A stretch of 64,000 nucleotides of DNA from Flavobacteriales bacterium (GTDB taxonomy: Bacteria; Bacteroidota; Bacteroidia; UBA10329): positions 28,848-92,847 of the forward strand of contig JAIOYO010000002.1 in the NCBI GenBank assembly GCA_021741075.1, given 5' to 3'. This document shows positions 47,072 through 57,552 of this stretch, in pieces. Position numbers and translations under genes: made by a program. The notes below the pieces were generated by a model. That model saw only the letters and a list, made by a program, of their open reading frames with translations, was not told where the DNA came from and made no database searches. The number at the start of each line of letters is the position of its first letter. Position 1 is the first letter of the stretch.

Positions 47072-47260
47072 ATGAATTCACGAGAAAGCGCTCAAAATAT
47101 CGTTAAATTGATGCTCATTTTTTGTGTCCTAATGGTAGTGGTTTTAGTTTCTGCAAGAATCGTTTTTGACACATCAAAACCAGAGATAGTGCGTTGGCTG
47201 AAACCAAATTTAGGTGTTATTTCGGTGGTATTTTTCGCAATTCTTTCACGCAACCGTTAA
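47072..47260 (+). CDS. small membrane ORF in-frame with and abutting the next gene (possible N-terminal fragment of an interrupted gene)
   Basis: 62 aa, two hydrophobic helices, ends with TAA immediately followed by the ATG of 47261..48556 in the same reading frame. Confidence 0.3.
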   Translation: MNSRESAQNIVKLMLIFCVLMVVVLVSARIVFDTSKPEIVRWLKPNLGVISVVFFAILSRNR

Positions 47261-48556
47261 ATGTTGCCGGATTCTGCCCCAAGTATTGTGTTCGGAACAG
47301 GAATGATGTTCCACAATTTGGTTGCAGGCGGTTTACCTGGCGTGGCGTTAGCCCTATTTATAAGCACGTTCTATACAAATTCAACTGAGAAAAAATTTCG
47401 CATTTTTTTATTGCATCTATATGCAATCCATTTTGTCATTTCTAGTGTTTCGGGACTAATGCTTGAAACGGGCCTAGACATTCATTGGCCTGGTCTTGAA
47501 AATTCATTAGTGCAGTTGGTCAATCATCCATTTGGAAGGTCTGCACTACTCGCCTTTATTCAAATATCCGTTTTGTTGATTGTTTTGCTCGGTAAAAGTG
47601 AAACGCGTATTTGGAAAGTCGCGACCTTGTATATCTGCCTAAACAGCTTCTTCCTAAGCGGATGGTCAGTTATTGTAAATAGCTGGATGCACGCACCAAG
47701 TTTAGGTATTTATGGCAACCACAATCAAGATATTACTGATTTAGGGTTTAAGCAAGTCTGTGATTTTATGATGCAACCATTTGTACTTAGTCGGCTTTTG
47801 CATCATTACCTAGCTTCAATATTGATTGGTCTTTTTTGGGTTTTGTTTTCCCTTTCATTAAATCATTCGTCCAATTCGAATTCAGCGTGCCTTTTGCAAA
47901 CTAGATTTAGAAAATCAATATTGGGGTTATCTGCAATTTTACTACTAATCCAGCCCATTCTTGGGCACCTTAGCTTCAATCAACTTGCAATACTGCAACC
48001 AATCAAAGTTTCAGCAATCGAAGGGTTGTACAGTAAAACAACAGGTGACATTCCAATTTATTTTTTTGGAAAGACTAACCCAGAAAGAATGGTTACAGAG
48101 GGTATTGCTCTACCTAAATCGATTTCAAACGCACTACAGCAGTCTATGGATGTGCCAATTGAATCTCTCTCTTCTCAACCTAAGGATAAGTGGCCTCCAG
48201 TGAGAAGGGTATTCTATTCGTTTCGCATCATGATTGTAAGCTGGGGAGCGCTACTTGTGGCAACGTGCGTCTTAGTTTTTATTGACTTCTCTGAGAATCA
48301 GAGAACTTTTGTCACATCCCTAGCTCTAGCTATTGCGATTTCGGCTTCCTCGGCTGGTTGGATGGTCAGTGAGTCAGGAAGATTGCCTTGGATAATATAC
48401 GATGTAACTACCGTATCACAAGCAGTTAGTATAGACGTCAAACCCTACGATTATTACAGAGCAATCTTTTCTAACGTCATTCTGCACCTCGCTCTTTTAA
48501 TTAGCAGCATTCGCATACAACTCAAAATTGTTAGACTACATTTCGCAACCCCATAG
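47261..48556 (+). CDS. polytopic integral membrane protein
   Basis: 431 aa, more than 9 TMs. No motif recognised. Confidence 0.45.
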   Translation: MLPDSAPSIVFGTGMMFHNLVAGGLPGVALALFISTFYTNSTEKKFRIFLLHLYAIHFVISSVSGLMLETGLDIHWPGLENSLVQLVNHPFGRSALLAFIQISVLLIVLLGKSETRIWKVATLYICLNSFFLSGWSVIVNSWMHAPSLGIYGNHNQDITDLGFKQVCDFMMQPFVLSRLLHHYLASILIGLFWVLFSLSLNHSSNSNSACLLQTRFRKSILGLSAILLLIQPILGHLSFNQLAILQPIKVSAIEGLYSKTTGDIPIYFFGKTNPERMVTEGIALPKSISNALQQSMDVPIESLSSQPKDKWPPVRRVFYSFRIMIVSWGALLVATCVLVFIDFSENQRTFVTSLALAIAISASSAGWMVSESGRLPWIIYDVTTVSQAVSIDVKPYDYYRAIFSNVILHLALLISSIRIQLKIVRLHFATP

Positions 48557-48602
48557 AAGTGCAAACAAGCAGTACTGCTTGAGTTAGAGTTGCTTCATAA
48601 GA

Positions 48603-49751
48603 TTAGTCTTTAACGCATCGAATCTGAAAGCCATCCGCTTTAGGGTCATAACCTCTTCCTACAGCACCATCCGAAAAGTCACACGCCTGAGCAAATGCAT
48701 CAGCACTATTTTCAGCAAGAGTCGTCCACCAACAACCCGCTATTTGTAATAAGCCAAACTGCCCAGCTACGGCTGATAATCGTGCACCTCCTCCTCTACC
48801 AGAGAAGCCTGAAATATTTGTTGCGTCACGATTGGGGGCAAGCCAGTAATCTGTCCCTGTTTCCTTCATTTTTCCTCCAGCAACATACTCCCCTCCCAAA
48901 TTAGCGACCAATGCATTCATTTCTGAATCTGAAGGTAAATGCCAGCCTGTTGGACAGGCATTTCGTGAATCGGTAGCAGCATACCAATTGTACATCTTGC
49001 CGTAAATAGGCTCATACTGTGGGTTATTTTCAAAATGACACCAAGCACCAGTGGTCAAATTGCCCCAAGCCGTACCGTCCTGTACATTAGGAATTGGGTC
49101 TCCGTTTGCGTATGTTCCTGTTCGAAGGTTTTCCGCCATCCATTCTGGTCCATAATTCATTACAATCGTGCTGTAATTGTTTCCTTCAATATCTGTAACG
49201 CCAGCCCCTGGTATAGAGTATTGGCTTCCTGGACCACCATTGCTACTGCTGATGCCAGGGATAATAACATAGTCAGCTCCCAAATAGAGCGTATCGCCTG
49301 TAGCCGAAACAGAATGAACACCTCCACTAAGTGAAGCAGCGGTTTTGGCGTGCATGGCATAAGGAACACTTATAAGCTGAGAGGTTCCCATTTCTGTGTA
49401 TGCGCTTCCACCTGCGGCATCTAATCCTACCTGAAGGAAAAAATCGTTGGAAGACCAATCTATGAGGCCAAGAGCCCCTACCTGCACAACGCCACCACCA
49501 ATTTGTAAACTTAAACGCCCAAAATCGTCTGAGTTAAGGGTGTGATTTTCTTGATAAACTACAACTCCATTTATTGAACCTTCAAGCACCGAAATTTGAA
49601 CTCCAATAGCGCTATTGCTAATCGGGTCTCCAGAAGCGTCACGCGCAATTGCGCTATAGCTGAATTTATCCGGATGTGACTGGGCAAAAATTCCAGTAGA
49701 GCAACAAATCAGTAGAGCTAGCTGGATTCCAAAAATTACGTGCTTTTTCAT
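48603..49751 (-). CDS. secreted protein with C-terminal Fibrobacter succinogenes major paralogous (FISUMP) domain
   Basis: Signal peptide; C-terminal YSTIVMNYGPEWMAENL ... CPTGWHLPSDSEMNALV ... GFQIRCVKD resembles the TIGR02145 pattern. Confidence 0.55.
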   Translation of the reverse strand: MKKHVIFGIQLALLICCSTGIFAQSHPDKFSYSAIARDASGDPISNSAIGVQISVLEGSINGVVVYQENHTLNSDDFGRLSLQIGGGVVQVGALGLIDWSSNDFFLQVGLDAAGGSAYTEMGTSQLISVPYAMHAKTAASLSGGVHSVSATGDTLYLGADYVIIPGISSSNGGPGSQYSIPGAGVTDIEGNNYSTIVMNYGPEWMAENLRTGTYANGDPIPNVQDGTAWGNLTTGAWCHFENNPQYEPIYGKMYNWYAATDSRNACPTGWHLPSDSEMNALVANLGGEYVAGGKMKETGTDYWLAPNRDATNISGFSGRGGGARLSAVAGQFGLLQIAGCWWTTLAENSADAFAQACDFSDGAVGRGYDPKADGFQIRCVKD

Positions 49752-50047
49752 GTTATGCGATTTAAATAAATGATGGTTTTAATTGCCTAAGAAGACAGCA
49801 AAACCATAAAACGGTCGTGATGTTTCGTATGGTATCATCAAAGAAAGCAATTTTCTCCCTCAAATTGAGCTGATGTTTGATTTAAATAATGCGCTGAGGA
49901 GTAACTAAGCCTTGCTACCATAGGTCTATTACATCGGGTTTCAACAAGGGCGTGACGATTTTTGCCGACCAACAAACATATTGCGAGTAAGCGGCATAGT
50001 TTTAACGAAAGAATACCTTCATTGCACTGATTGGATTAACGTACGCC

Positions 50048-51034
50048 ATGTCAATGAGGTCTTCTTTGTTTAGAATAACTGTCCAAGCTTCTCTCTTTAT
50101 ATTGATTATTTGGGTTCTTACTTCGAAACTCAACATGGATTCGATTGTTCCAGCAATTCAATCGTTCTCGTTTTTTCCAATAGCAGTAGCGACCTTGTTG
50201 ATGCTGGTTCGTTATGCCTTGTTGGGAACAAGATGGTGGTTATCGATTACAAACAATCGTCCACCTCTTTTTTGGTCAATACAAACGGAATGGCACATCC
50301 TCTTTTTGGAGTTTGTGATTCCGTTTCCTGATGCTGAAGACATTTTTAGAATTTTGCTTCTGAAATTTCGGAACGTGACTGATGGATCCGCAATTAGAAG
50401 CGTTATACGAATGCGACTGGCGGGCGTGGCTGTGCTTCTTTGTCTTTTGTTGTTGTTTTTCATCTCATGGGGGCAGGCCGTAATTGGCCAAAAATCCACA
50501 GCCCTGTATTCAGTGGTGGCCCTATTTATTTTGTTTCTATTGCCCTTTACAGATTTTTTTGTTCGAAACGCTTTGCGTCTTGTCAAGCATGTGCCTAAAA
50601 TTGGTCAACCACTGGCCAAGCGGTTGACTGACGCACTCGAGGAGCCGCAAAAATCGGGTTTAATGACCGTTTTGTTTTTGGTTTCTTTGTTACAATCTGT
50701 TGTTCAAGCAGCAGTCATTTTTGTTTTGCTTTCCAAGACAAGTCAATCAATTCCTTTTCTGGACATACTGTGCCTAGTTCCATTGTTAAACCTAAGTTTC
50801 ATCTTGCCATTAAGTATACAAGGCTTCGGGTTACCCGAAACTTGTTTAATATTTATGCTTCCCTTTTTTGGAGTGCCCTTGGAGGAAGCCACTGCCGTTG
50901 CTTTGGTTCATTTGCTCATTTACTCAACGATGATTTTTATGGGCGCCTGTTTGTTCTTCATTAATTCAGAACTAACATTGAAAGGCTTACGGAACATGTT
51001 TAGAAAACCTGGACGCTTTCCAGACGCAAAATGA
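50048..51034 (+). CDS. UPF0104/LPG-synthase-TM-like (flippase-like) membrane protein
   Basis: 328 aa, 8 TMs. N-terminal FRITVQASLFILIIWVL..L and R/K-rich loops are typical of YbhN-type proteins that pair with GT2 enzymes. Confidence 0.4.
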   Translation: MSMRSSLFRITVQASLFILIIWVLTSKLNMDSIVPAIQSFSFFPIAVATLLMLVRYALLGTRWWLSITNNRPPLFWSIQTEWHILFLEFVIPFPDAEDIFRILLLKFRNVTDGSAIRSVIRMRLAGVAVLLCLLLLFFISWGQAVIGQKSTALYSVVALFILFLLPFTDFFVRNALRLVKHVPKIGQPLAKRLTDALEEPQKSGLMTVLFLVSLLQSVVQAAVIFVLLSKTSQSIPFLDILCLVPLLNLSFILPLSIQGFGLPETCLIFMLPFFGVPLEEATAVALVHLLIYSTMIFMGACLFFINSELTLKGLRNMFRKPGRFPDAK

Positions 51035-51112
51035 AGGAGCGACTAATTGGTCTTTTGATGCTTTGAGAAACATTTTATACCTACACGCCAACATTCATAC
51101 AGATTTAGCCGG

Positions 51113-52021
51113 TTGAGAATAGTACGAATTTTAATAATCCTCTCGCTTTTAATTGCTGTGGTGGTTGGTGTCTTAGGATTGCTTTGGACTCCAAATTTCT
51201 CGCGTCCAGGATATAACGATTTGCCAAACTCGTCAATGGAAAATACCAGTACGATTGAAGGCGAGCGAATTGTAAAGACTATATGTATTCGCTGCCATTA
51301 CAATCCCAACACATTGTCTTTATCAGGGTTTAACCACGCCAACCCAGAAAGAATAGGACATTTTTGGAGTAGTAACATTACTGGTGATAGCTTATTTGGA
51401 ATAGGGTCGTGGACCAAACGCGACTTGGTCTACTTTTTACGGTTTGGCGTCAATCCAGATGGAGACTTCGTATTTGATATGCCAAAGTATGTGCATTTAA
51501 GCGATCAAGATATGTCTTCGTTGGTAAGCTTTCTTAAGAGTGATGACCCACTTGTTAAACCCACCCCATTCAAAACGCCAAGCCCAGAATACTCATTACC
51601 GATGAGACTATTGATGTCTTTTTGGCTGAGGCCGCCCTCTTGGAAACCAAAACCGGTGTTAGAACCCGACAAAACAAACCAAGTGGCTTGGGGTCGATAT
51701 TTGGCAGTAGCCAAGTTTGCTTGTTTTGACTGTCACAGCGGAAATAGTATGACTAACAATCATCTCCATCCAGAAAACTCTTGGCGGTTTTTTGAAGGGG
51801 GCAGTCCGCATGCAAACGAATTTGGAGAAAAGATAGTATCGGCCAATTTGACACAAAATGATGTAAGCGTGATTATAAATTGGTCTGAAAATGACTTTGT
51901 TCGCTGCTTACGAACAGGAATCCGCCCTGACGGGAGCACCGTTCGGGACCCGATGTTTCCATTTTCGATGTTAACGGAAGATGAAGCTAGGGCTATTTAT
52001 CAATACTTACTGACCTTGTAA
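51113..52021 (+). CDS. diheme c-type cytochrome, membrane-anchored
   Basis: Two CxxCH motifs (CIRCH, CFDCH). N-terminal TM anchor. Confidence 0.6.
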   Translation: MRIVRILIILSLLIAVVVGVLGLLWTPNFSRPGYNDLPNSSMENTSTIEGERIVKTICIRCHYNPNTLSLSGFNHANPERIGHFWSSNITGDSLFGIGSWTKRDLVYFLRFGVNPDGDFVFDMPKYVHLSDQDMSSLVSFLKSDDPLVKPTPFKTPSPEYSLPMRLLMSFWLRPPSWKPKPVLEPDKTNQVAWGRYLAVAKFACFDCHSGNSMTNNHLHPENSWRFFEGGSPHANEFGEKIVSANLTQNDVSVIINWSENDFVRCLRTGIRPDGSTVRDPMFPFSMLTEDEARAIYQYLLTL

Positions 52022-52046
52022 TGCTTGTTCTTATCGTGCTAGAGCG

Positions 52047-53624
52047 TTAGGTGGCTTTTACAATTACACGGAACAGATACCATGATTTACCTACAGTAAG
52101 TGCTGGTTTTTCAGTTGTTATCAATGGACACACACTTTCAAAGTCTGTTCGTTCTCCGATAAATACAACCAATTGAAAAGAGTCTGGGCAAGCTTTAACA
52201 ATTCTTTCATAATAATGATCTTGAAAGCCCTTTTCAAATCGTTTTAGGGCATTGGGGTCGTAAATTTCTGCTAGCTCGGAAAAATGTTTGGTGTTTGGTT
52301 TAGTGGGGACAATCTTGACGTCTATTAATTCGTTTCCCGTGCGAAAAGAGATATACTTAATTACCGCATCGAACATCTCTATATTTACTAAAGGGTCTCC
52401 CACAAGAACTACCTTGCCCTCATTCTCGCGGGTTTCAGCCACAAACCTTATGAGTTCTTGTATGGCTTTGCCAGAATCAATGTATTCGGAAATCATATTT
52501 CTCGACCACACCGATTGAATACAAAAAATAAGGATAAGCGCAGAAGCAATTAGACTTTTCTGAACGTTTGATTCTCGTAAAGAAGCAATGCCGATTGCTA
52601 CTATTACAAAAAACACTATCAGTGAAGGAATAAGGTATCTGCCTGCGTAACCAACTGATGAAAACAGCACTAACTGAGCCAAAATGCAAAGCATGCCAAT
52701 GGCGAAAAGGCTCCAAAACCAGCGGCCACCTTTGTTCCGAACGTAAACCAAAAAATATAAAATGGCAAGTACAATAAAGTACGGCAAGGGAGTTGACGCT
52801 AGCCATTGATGCTGCCAAACATGATTAAAATAACTGATGAGATTATCTACAACCGCTGTCGGCTCACTAAGAATATAATCTGCCTCCGAGTTTGTTGTGT
52901 CTACAACTAGAAAGGCTCCTGCAAAAAGCGCGCAGATTCCAAACACTCCTAATGAGAAATAATGCTGCCCTTTGCTCTCCAATGTGGTGCTTTTATTCCA
53001 TTCTGATTGGCAGAAATAGGAAAACACGACCAAGAAGGGTGCTAACAATACAAAACTTTCTTTAGTAAAAAACAGGAGAAATAATAAACCCAGCGTTTTC
53101 CAATCGTGTTTACCATTGGCAATTCGGTTTAATAGAATCCCCGCAATCAGCAACGATACGCTTTCAATTGTCGCCAACCGAGTCATCAACTCTGTTGGAG
53201 TTCCAACAACAAGCATTAGCGGCAACACAAAGGAAATGACCTTTGACAAGCCCAACGTCCTTCCCAACGACTGAAATTGATGCAAAGCCAACGTCATTAA
53301 CGTCAAAACCAGCGTGTGCCACATCCACCACCGAGAGCCAAACATGGCAGAAAACAATCCAAGGTATACGTTCAAACCTCGGCTTATGCGGTTTCCGCTT
53401 TCATTCCAAACCCGCAAAACATAATCATCGAGCGCAGCTTGTTTAAACAGAAGGTGATTGGCCATTATTTCGTGATCTTCCATCATGTGAAATCCGGACT
53501 CGATTAGCCCCGAAACCATGTACACTATCAGAAAAATCAGCCCGTAAGGCCAAGCCTTTGTCATTTTCATTACAAATCGTACTTTCCCGTCCAAACCACG
53601 GTTTCTTCTTTTCATCCCAATCAA
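52047..53624 (-). CDS. polytopic membrane protein, GT-C (ArnT/PMT)-like putative glycosyltransferase
   Basis: More than 11 TMs. First extracytoplasmic loop carries an acidic HMMEDHE motif reminiscent of the GT-C DE/DExxY loop. The assignment is weak. Confidence 0.35.
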   Translation of the reverse strand: MIGMKRRNRGLDGKVRFVMKMTKAWPYGLIFLIVYMVSGLIESGFHMMEDHEIMANHLLFKQAALDDYVLRVWNESGNRISRGLNVYLGLFSAMFGSRWWMWHTLVLTLMTLALHQFQSLGRTLGLSKVISFVLPLMLVVGTPTELMTRLATIESVSLLIAGILLNRIANGKHDWKTLGLLFLLFFTKESFVLLAPFLVVFSYFCQSEWNKSTTLESKGQHYFSLGVFGICALFAGAFLVVDTTNSEADYILSEPTAVVDNLISYFNHVWQHQWLASTPLPYFIVLAILYFLVYVRNKGGRWFWSLFAIGMLCILAQLVLFSSVGYAGRYLIPSLIVFFVIVAIGIASLRESNVQKSLIASALILIFCIQSVWSRNMISEYIDSGKAIQELIRFVAETRENEGKVVLVGDPLVNIEMFDAVIKYISFRTGNELIDVKIVPTKPNTKHFSELAEIYDPNALKRFEKGFQDHYYERIVKACPDSFQLVVFIGERTDFESVCPLITTEKPALTVGKSWYLFRVIVKAT

Positions 53625-53634
53625 ATGAATTCGA

Positions 53635-55344
53635 ATGGTTTCGCGTTTAACACCAAATGTAAAAGGTATTTATCTGTCGCAACACGTTGACAAGATACCT
53701 TGGTTGGTCTTTTTATTCGCGGCACCGATTAGTTATTTTTTCGGCTATTTCGAAAGTCATGTTGACCTTGTAAATCACAGCATGACCGAAAGTTTGTGGT
53801 TTGAACAGACTAAATCTCCACTTTGGAATGCAACCGGCTTTCTTGTCCCTTGTTTAGACAATGCACTAAACGCCACGTTTGGAGAGTATGATTTCTACGC
53901 ACTGTTCATGGTTTCCATCAATTCAGCTGTATTATCGTTTCTGATTTGGTCCCTGCTAAAACTAGCCTCGAAGCTTGACATTTCGACTGGATATTTCATA
54001 GCAATTTGCTCTTGGTTAATCGTTGCTGCACCGCAAATTTTGACCATTAACAGCACTCGAATAGCAATTACAGGCACCTTTGCTGTGCTGCTCTATCTCG
54101 GCTCAAAGGATAATTGGCGAGGAATGCTTTGCATTACAAAAGCATTCTTGTTGTTCCTGTTTTTGGCAATTTTATCGCTGGTGAGGATGGAAGCTGTAGT
54201 TTTAATAGGCGCATACGTAGGTTTCCCTCTATTTATCTACAACCGCTGGTCGTACAAATTTTTGTCGCCTGTGATTATTGGGTTAGCGATAATGATTGGC
54301 TACAACCTTTCGCTGGAAGCTCGCGCCCCAGAAGCAATGAAAGTCTTCTATTATTACGAAAACGAATTGATAGATCGCGGGAATGTGTGTGTCGAAAATG
54401 CTTATACCAGAGGTCTTTTGGATGATAAAACACTGGTACTGAAGAACAGCGAGGACAGCCTGTCGATGCAAACTACAACACTTATTTACCACTCTCTGCC
54501 AGACATTGGATTGCTAAAAACCAGTTTTGTCGAAAACACGCTGTGCTCAGGAAAGCTTAAGCCTCTTGTTCATCTGTTCCTAGGAGGAATAAATTTAGAT
54601 AGCTGGCGTAGTTGCTTTACACTGTCTATCGAAGAGTCTAAGAGAGGGCTTTGGGTGATGATTGCTTCTTTGTTACTGTTAGTGTTTTTAAGTTTTGCAC
54701 ATGGGTTTGATAGATTCACTTTATCAGCTTTCTTGATGTTCCTCTTACCCGTGTTATTACTATTTCATATTACGGTTCCGGATAGGTTTTTGATACCCTA
54801 CTATACTTGTTTTATATCTATTTATTTGATTTTATCATGTCTTAAACAACCCCGCGTAGGCCCAATCTCAATACTTTTTTCTTTACTTATCGCTTCTTTT
54901 TTAATTGTCGAGCAAGGACTGTGTATTAAGGAAAAACAGGCAAAAGAAAAACTAATCGCTAACTACATAGCTGGTGTTCGGAAAATCGTAAAAGAAGAAA
55001 AGCGTTTTGTTGTTCTACAAACTAACTCCCCTGAATTGTTTATGCCACAACGCGTACAACAAAACTATTCACCAATAGACTCTGTCTTGTTTATGGATGA
55101 ATACTTTACGTATAAAACTTTTTATGAAACTTGGCGTGCAACCTGTAATTGCAATCCTGCCTCCATTACAGACCGTTTGGAATTTGCAGCAATAACTAAA
55201 GCAGCGTACATTTCAACTGAATCAGGAGTTCATTTTAGTTCAAAGTACGCCCACTTAATGCATAAATTTCCAGTGAAATTCATTCCAAAATCAAACTTCG
55301 GAAATGCTCTTACGAGGTATCAAGTGCAAATAAGTCAACAGTAG
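53635..55344 (+). CDS. polytopic integral membrane protein
   Basis: 569 aa, more than 12 TMs, divergent from 52047..53624. Confidence 0.4.
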   Translation: MVSRLTPNVKGIYLSQHVDKIPWLVFLFAAPISYFFGYFESHVDLVNHSMTESLWFEQTKSPLWNATGFLVPCLDNALNATFGEYDFYALFMVSINSAVLSFLIWSLLKLASKLDISTGYFIAICSWLIVAAPQILTINSTRIAITGTFAVLLYLGSKDNWRGMLCITKAFLLFLFLAILSLVRMEAVVLIGAYVGFPLFIYNRWSYKFLSPVIIGLAIMIGYNLSLEARAPEAMKVFYYYENELIDRGNVCVENAYTRGLLDDKTLVLKNSEDSLSMQTTTLIYHSLPDIGLLKTSFVENTLCSGKLKPLVHLFLGGINLDSWRSCFTLSIEESKRGLWVMIASLLLLVFLSFAHGFDRFTLSAFLMFLLPVLLLFHITVPDRFLIPYYTCFISIYLILSCLKQPRVGPISILFSLLIASFLIVEQGLCIKEKQAKEKLIANYIAGVRKIVKEEKRFVVLQTNSPELFMPQRVQQNYSPIDSVLFMDEYFTYKTFYETWRATCNCNPASITDRLEFAAITKAAYISTESGVHFSSKYAHLMHKFPVKFIPKSNFGNALTRYQVQISQQ

Positions 55345-55481
55345 TTTTCGTAAATATGCAGCAGTACCTGAATGCCAACGGATTCGCAATCTGATTGAAT
55401 CATTTATAAACCATTGCTTCAGACATATTACATTTGAGAACAAACTTCAGGTTTGTTTCTGCAAACAGCACTCAATAAATT

Positions 55482-56612
55482 GTGAATCAGATAATTCCGC
55501 TATTCAAAAACACACATGAACAGCTCGGTCTAACCGACCCTGTATATTCTCTGGGTGTGAACGACCAGACCGTCTTGTGCAAACAGTTCCTCTCAAGAAT
55601 CGTAGGGACCGAGGATGTGTTTTTCACAAAATCATGCACTCAGTCTTTGGAGTTAGCAATCATGATTCTTAATCTGCCTCCAAATAGTGAGATAATACTC
55701 CCGTCTTATGGATTCGTGTCACTGGCAAACGCAGTGGCTCTATTGGGTCATAAGTGTGTGTTTGTTGATTGTGAAATTGAAACGCTTAACATCTCTGCTG
55801 ATGCTATAGAAGCAGCCATCACCGAAAGAACAAAAGCGGTAATCTGTATTAATTATGCCGGAGTACCATGCGAATACGATAAAATCAACTCCATTTGCAA
55901 TCGAAACAACCTCTGGCTAATTGAAGATAATGCGCATGGGTTCCTTGCCAACTTAAATGGCAATCCGCTCGGCTCGTTTGGCGATATATCAACATTCAGT
56001 TTTGATCACCTAAAAATGATTACTTCATATGAGGGCGGAGCGTTGGCCATAAACAATAAATCCTTGGTTGGCGGTGCTTCTTCTTGTTTGGATATGGGAA
56101 CTAATCGGTCTGAATTCAAAGCAGGCAAGGCGCCCTTTTATGAATGGACGTCACTTGGCACAAACTCTGTATTGGCGGCTCCGCTTTTTGATCTTTTGAT
56201 AAAGCAGTTTCATGAATCTCCAACAATTCTTAGTTCATTCGTTAATGGTTGGCTCTTTTACCAAGAAGCACTGGCCCCTCTATTTGCTAAGCACGGAATT
56301 AAGGGGGCTAAGGTCGTTTCTACCCTAAACATCAACGGTTACATTTTCTGGATTATGACTCGATCTGCAACCGAGCGAAGTGCACTAATTGCTGAATTGC
56401 AGACAAAAGGAATTACGCTAAGTCCACACTATTCTGCTCTACACAAATCCCATTACGGAAAAACCTACCATTCATATTCTGGTGACATGAAAAACACGGA
56501 AGAAGCCGTAGCACAAATGGTTCGTCTTCCACTGTTCTATGGTATCACCGTTGATGAGCAAAAACGAGTGGTTTCGGAAATTGAACAATTTTATGCTGAA
56601 CTGGATGGATAA
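55482..56612 (+). CDS. DegT/DnrJ/EryC1-family PLP aminotransferase, WecE-like (second copy)
   Basis: SFDHLKMITSYEGG (catalytic Lys), IEDNAHG, C-terminal RLPLFYGIT. Paralog of 11422..12552. Confidence 0.7.
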   Translation: MNQIIPLFKNTHEQLGLTDPVYSLGVNDQTVLCKQFLSRIVGTEDVFFTKSCTQSLELAIMILNLPPNSEIILPSYGFVSLANAVALLGHKCVFVDCEIETLNISADAIEAAITERTKAVICINYAGVPCEYDKINSICNRNNLWLIEDNAHGFLANLNGNPLGSFGDISTFSFDHLKMITSYEGGALAINNKSLVGGASSCLDMGTNRSEFKAGKAPFYEWTSLGTNSVLAAPLFDLLIKQFHESPTILSSFVNGWLFYQEALAPLFAKHGIKGAKVVSTLNINGYIFWIMTRSATERSALIAELQTKGITLSPHYSALHKSHYGKTYHSYSGDMKNTEEAVAQMVRLPLFYGITVDEQKRVVSEIEQFYAELDG

Positions 56613-57552
56613 TGAAACCAATGCAGCATTTGGTATCTCTAGGTTGATTTCGATTGTCGTTCCGTGCTATCAAAGCGACTCGGAATTGATTGAGCTTGAA
56701 AGGGCGATTAGCACACTTCACCAAGAAATTCAGAACGCATATAAACTTGAGGTTGTGTTTGTTGATGATGGATCTACCGACAGCACCCTTGATGGTTTAA
56801 AAAAAATTAAAGCCCGGGCTCCTTTTGAGTGTAAAATTGTTGTTCTAACCGGCAACTTCGGGTCGTATAATGCTTTTCATGCAGGCATATTAAACACAAG
56901 CGGAGAGGCCATCATTCAACTTCACGCGGACCTTCAGGACTCTCCCAAACATATTCCATTAATGCTAAGTAAGTGGGCAGAGGGCGCTAAACTTGTTATC
57001 GGTCAGCGTGTAGCTAGAGAAGAAAGTATGTCAACCAAGTTCTTTTCTGGAATGTACCACAATATGGTAAAGCGCTTTGCACTTCCACACATTCCCGATG
57101 GAGGTTATGACCTTATACTTCTTGATAAAGAAATTGGTGAGCACCTAAGGCAAATAGACGTTCACAACATAAACCTAGTTTATTTAATCTCATGGTTAAG
57201 TCAGCGCTACGAAGCCGTTCCGGTTGTTAGAGAAAGTAGAAAAACTGGGAAGTCTCAGTGGTCCTTTTCGAAGAAAGTAAAGCTGGTAATAGACACCTTT
57301 ATTGGCTTTTCATACGCTCCAGTCAGATTTTTTCGAATTCTAGCGATAGTCGAGCTTCTTCTTTTTCCAGTGCTCGTAATTCTGGTAACAAAATCTAACT
57401 GGGATCTAACCATTAAGGTCTGCTCCATCATTGTTTCAAGCTGGATGGTCACCATCCTAATCGGAATCACGTTACTATCCGAAATGCTTTGGAGAACGCT
57501 TGTTTCCGCCAGAAAAAGACCGCCATACATCATAGAAAAAGTGATTCAGTAA
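56593..57552 (+). CDS. GT2 polyprenyl-phosphate sugar transferase (ArnC/GtrB-like; second copy)
   Basis: IVVPCYQSD ... FVDDGSTDST ... HADLQDSP ... C-terminal TM helices. Start ATG at 56593 overlaps the WecE-like stop. Confidence 0.65.
   Translation: MLNWMDNETNAAFGISRLISIVVPCYQSDSELIELERAISTLHQEIQNAYKLEVVFVDDGSTDSTLDGLKKIKARAPFECKIVVLTGNFGSYNAFHAGILNTSGEAIIQLHADLQDSPKHIPLMLSKWAEGAKLVIGQRVAREESMSTKFFSGMYHNMVKRFALPHIPDGGYDLILLDKEIGEHLRQIDVHNINLVYLISWLSQRYEAVPVVRESRKTGKSQWSFSKKVKLVIDTFIGFSYAPVRFFRILAIVELLLFPVLVILVTKSNWDLTIKVCSIIVSSWMVTILIGITLLSEMLWRTLVSARKRPPYIIEKVIQ

Noticed and set aside
49752-50047. 296-bp intergenic region scanned for tRNA/ncRNA or CRISPR-like repeats
   Set aside because: No cloverleaf-compatible stems, no repeated spacers, only AT-rich divergent-promoter-like sequence. 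Nothing supportable.
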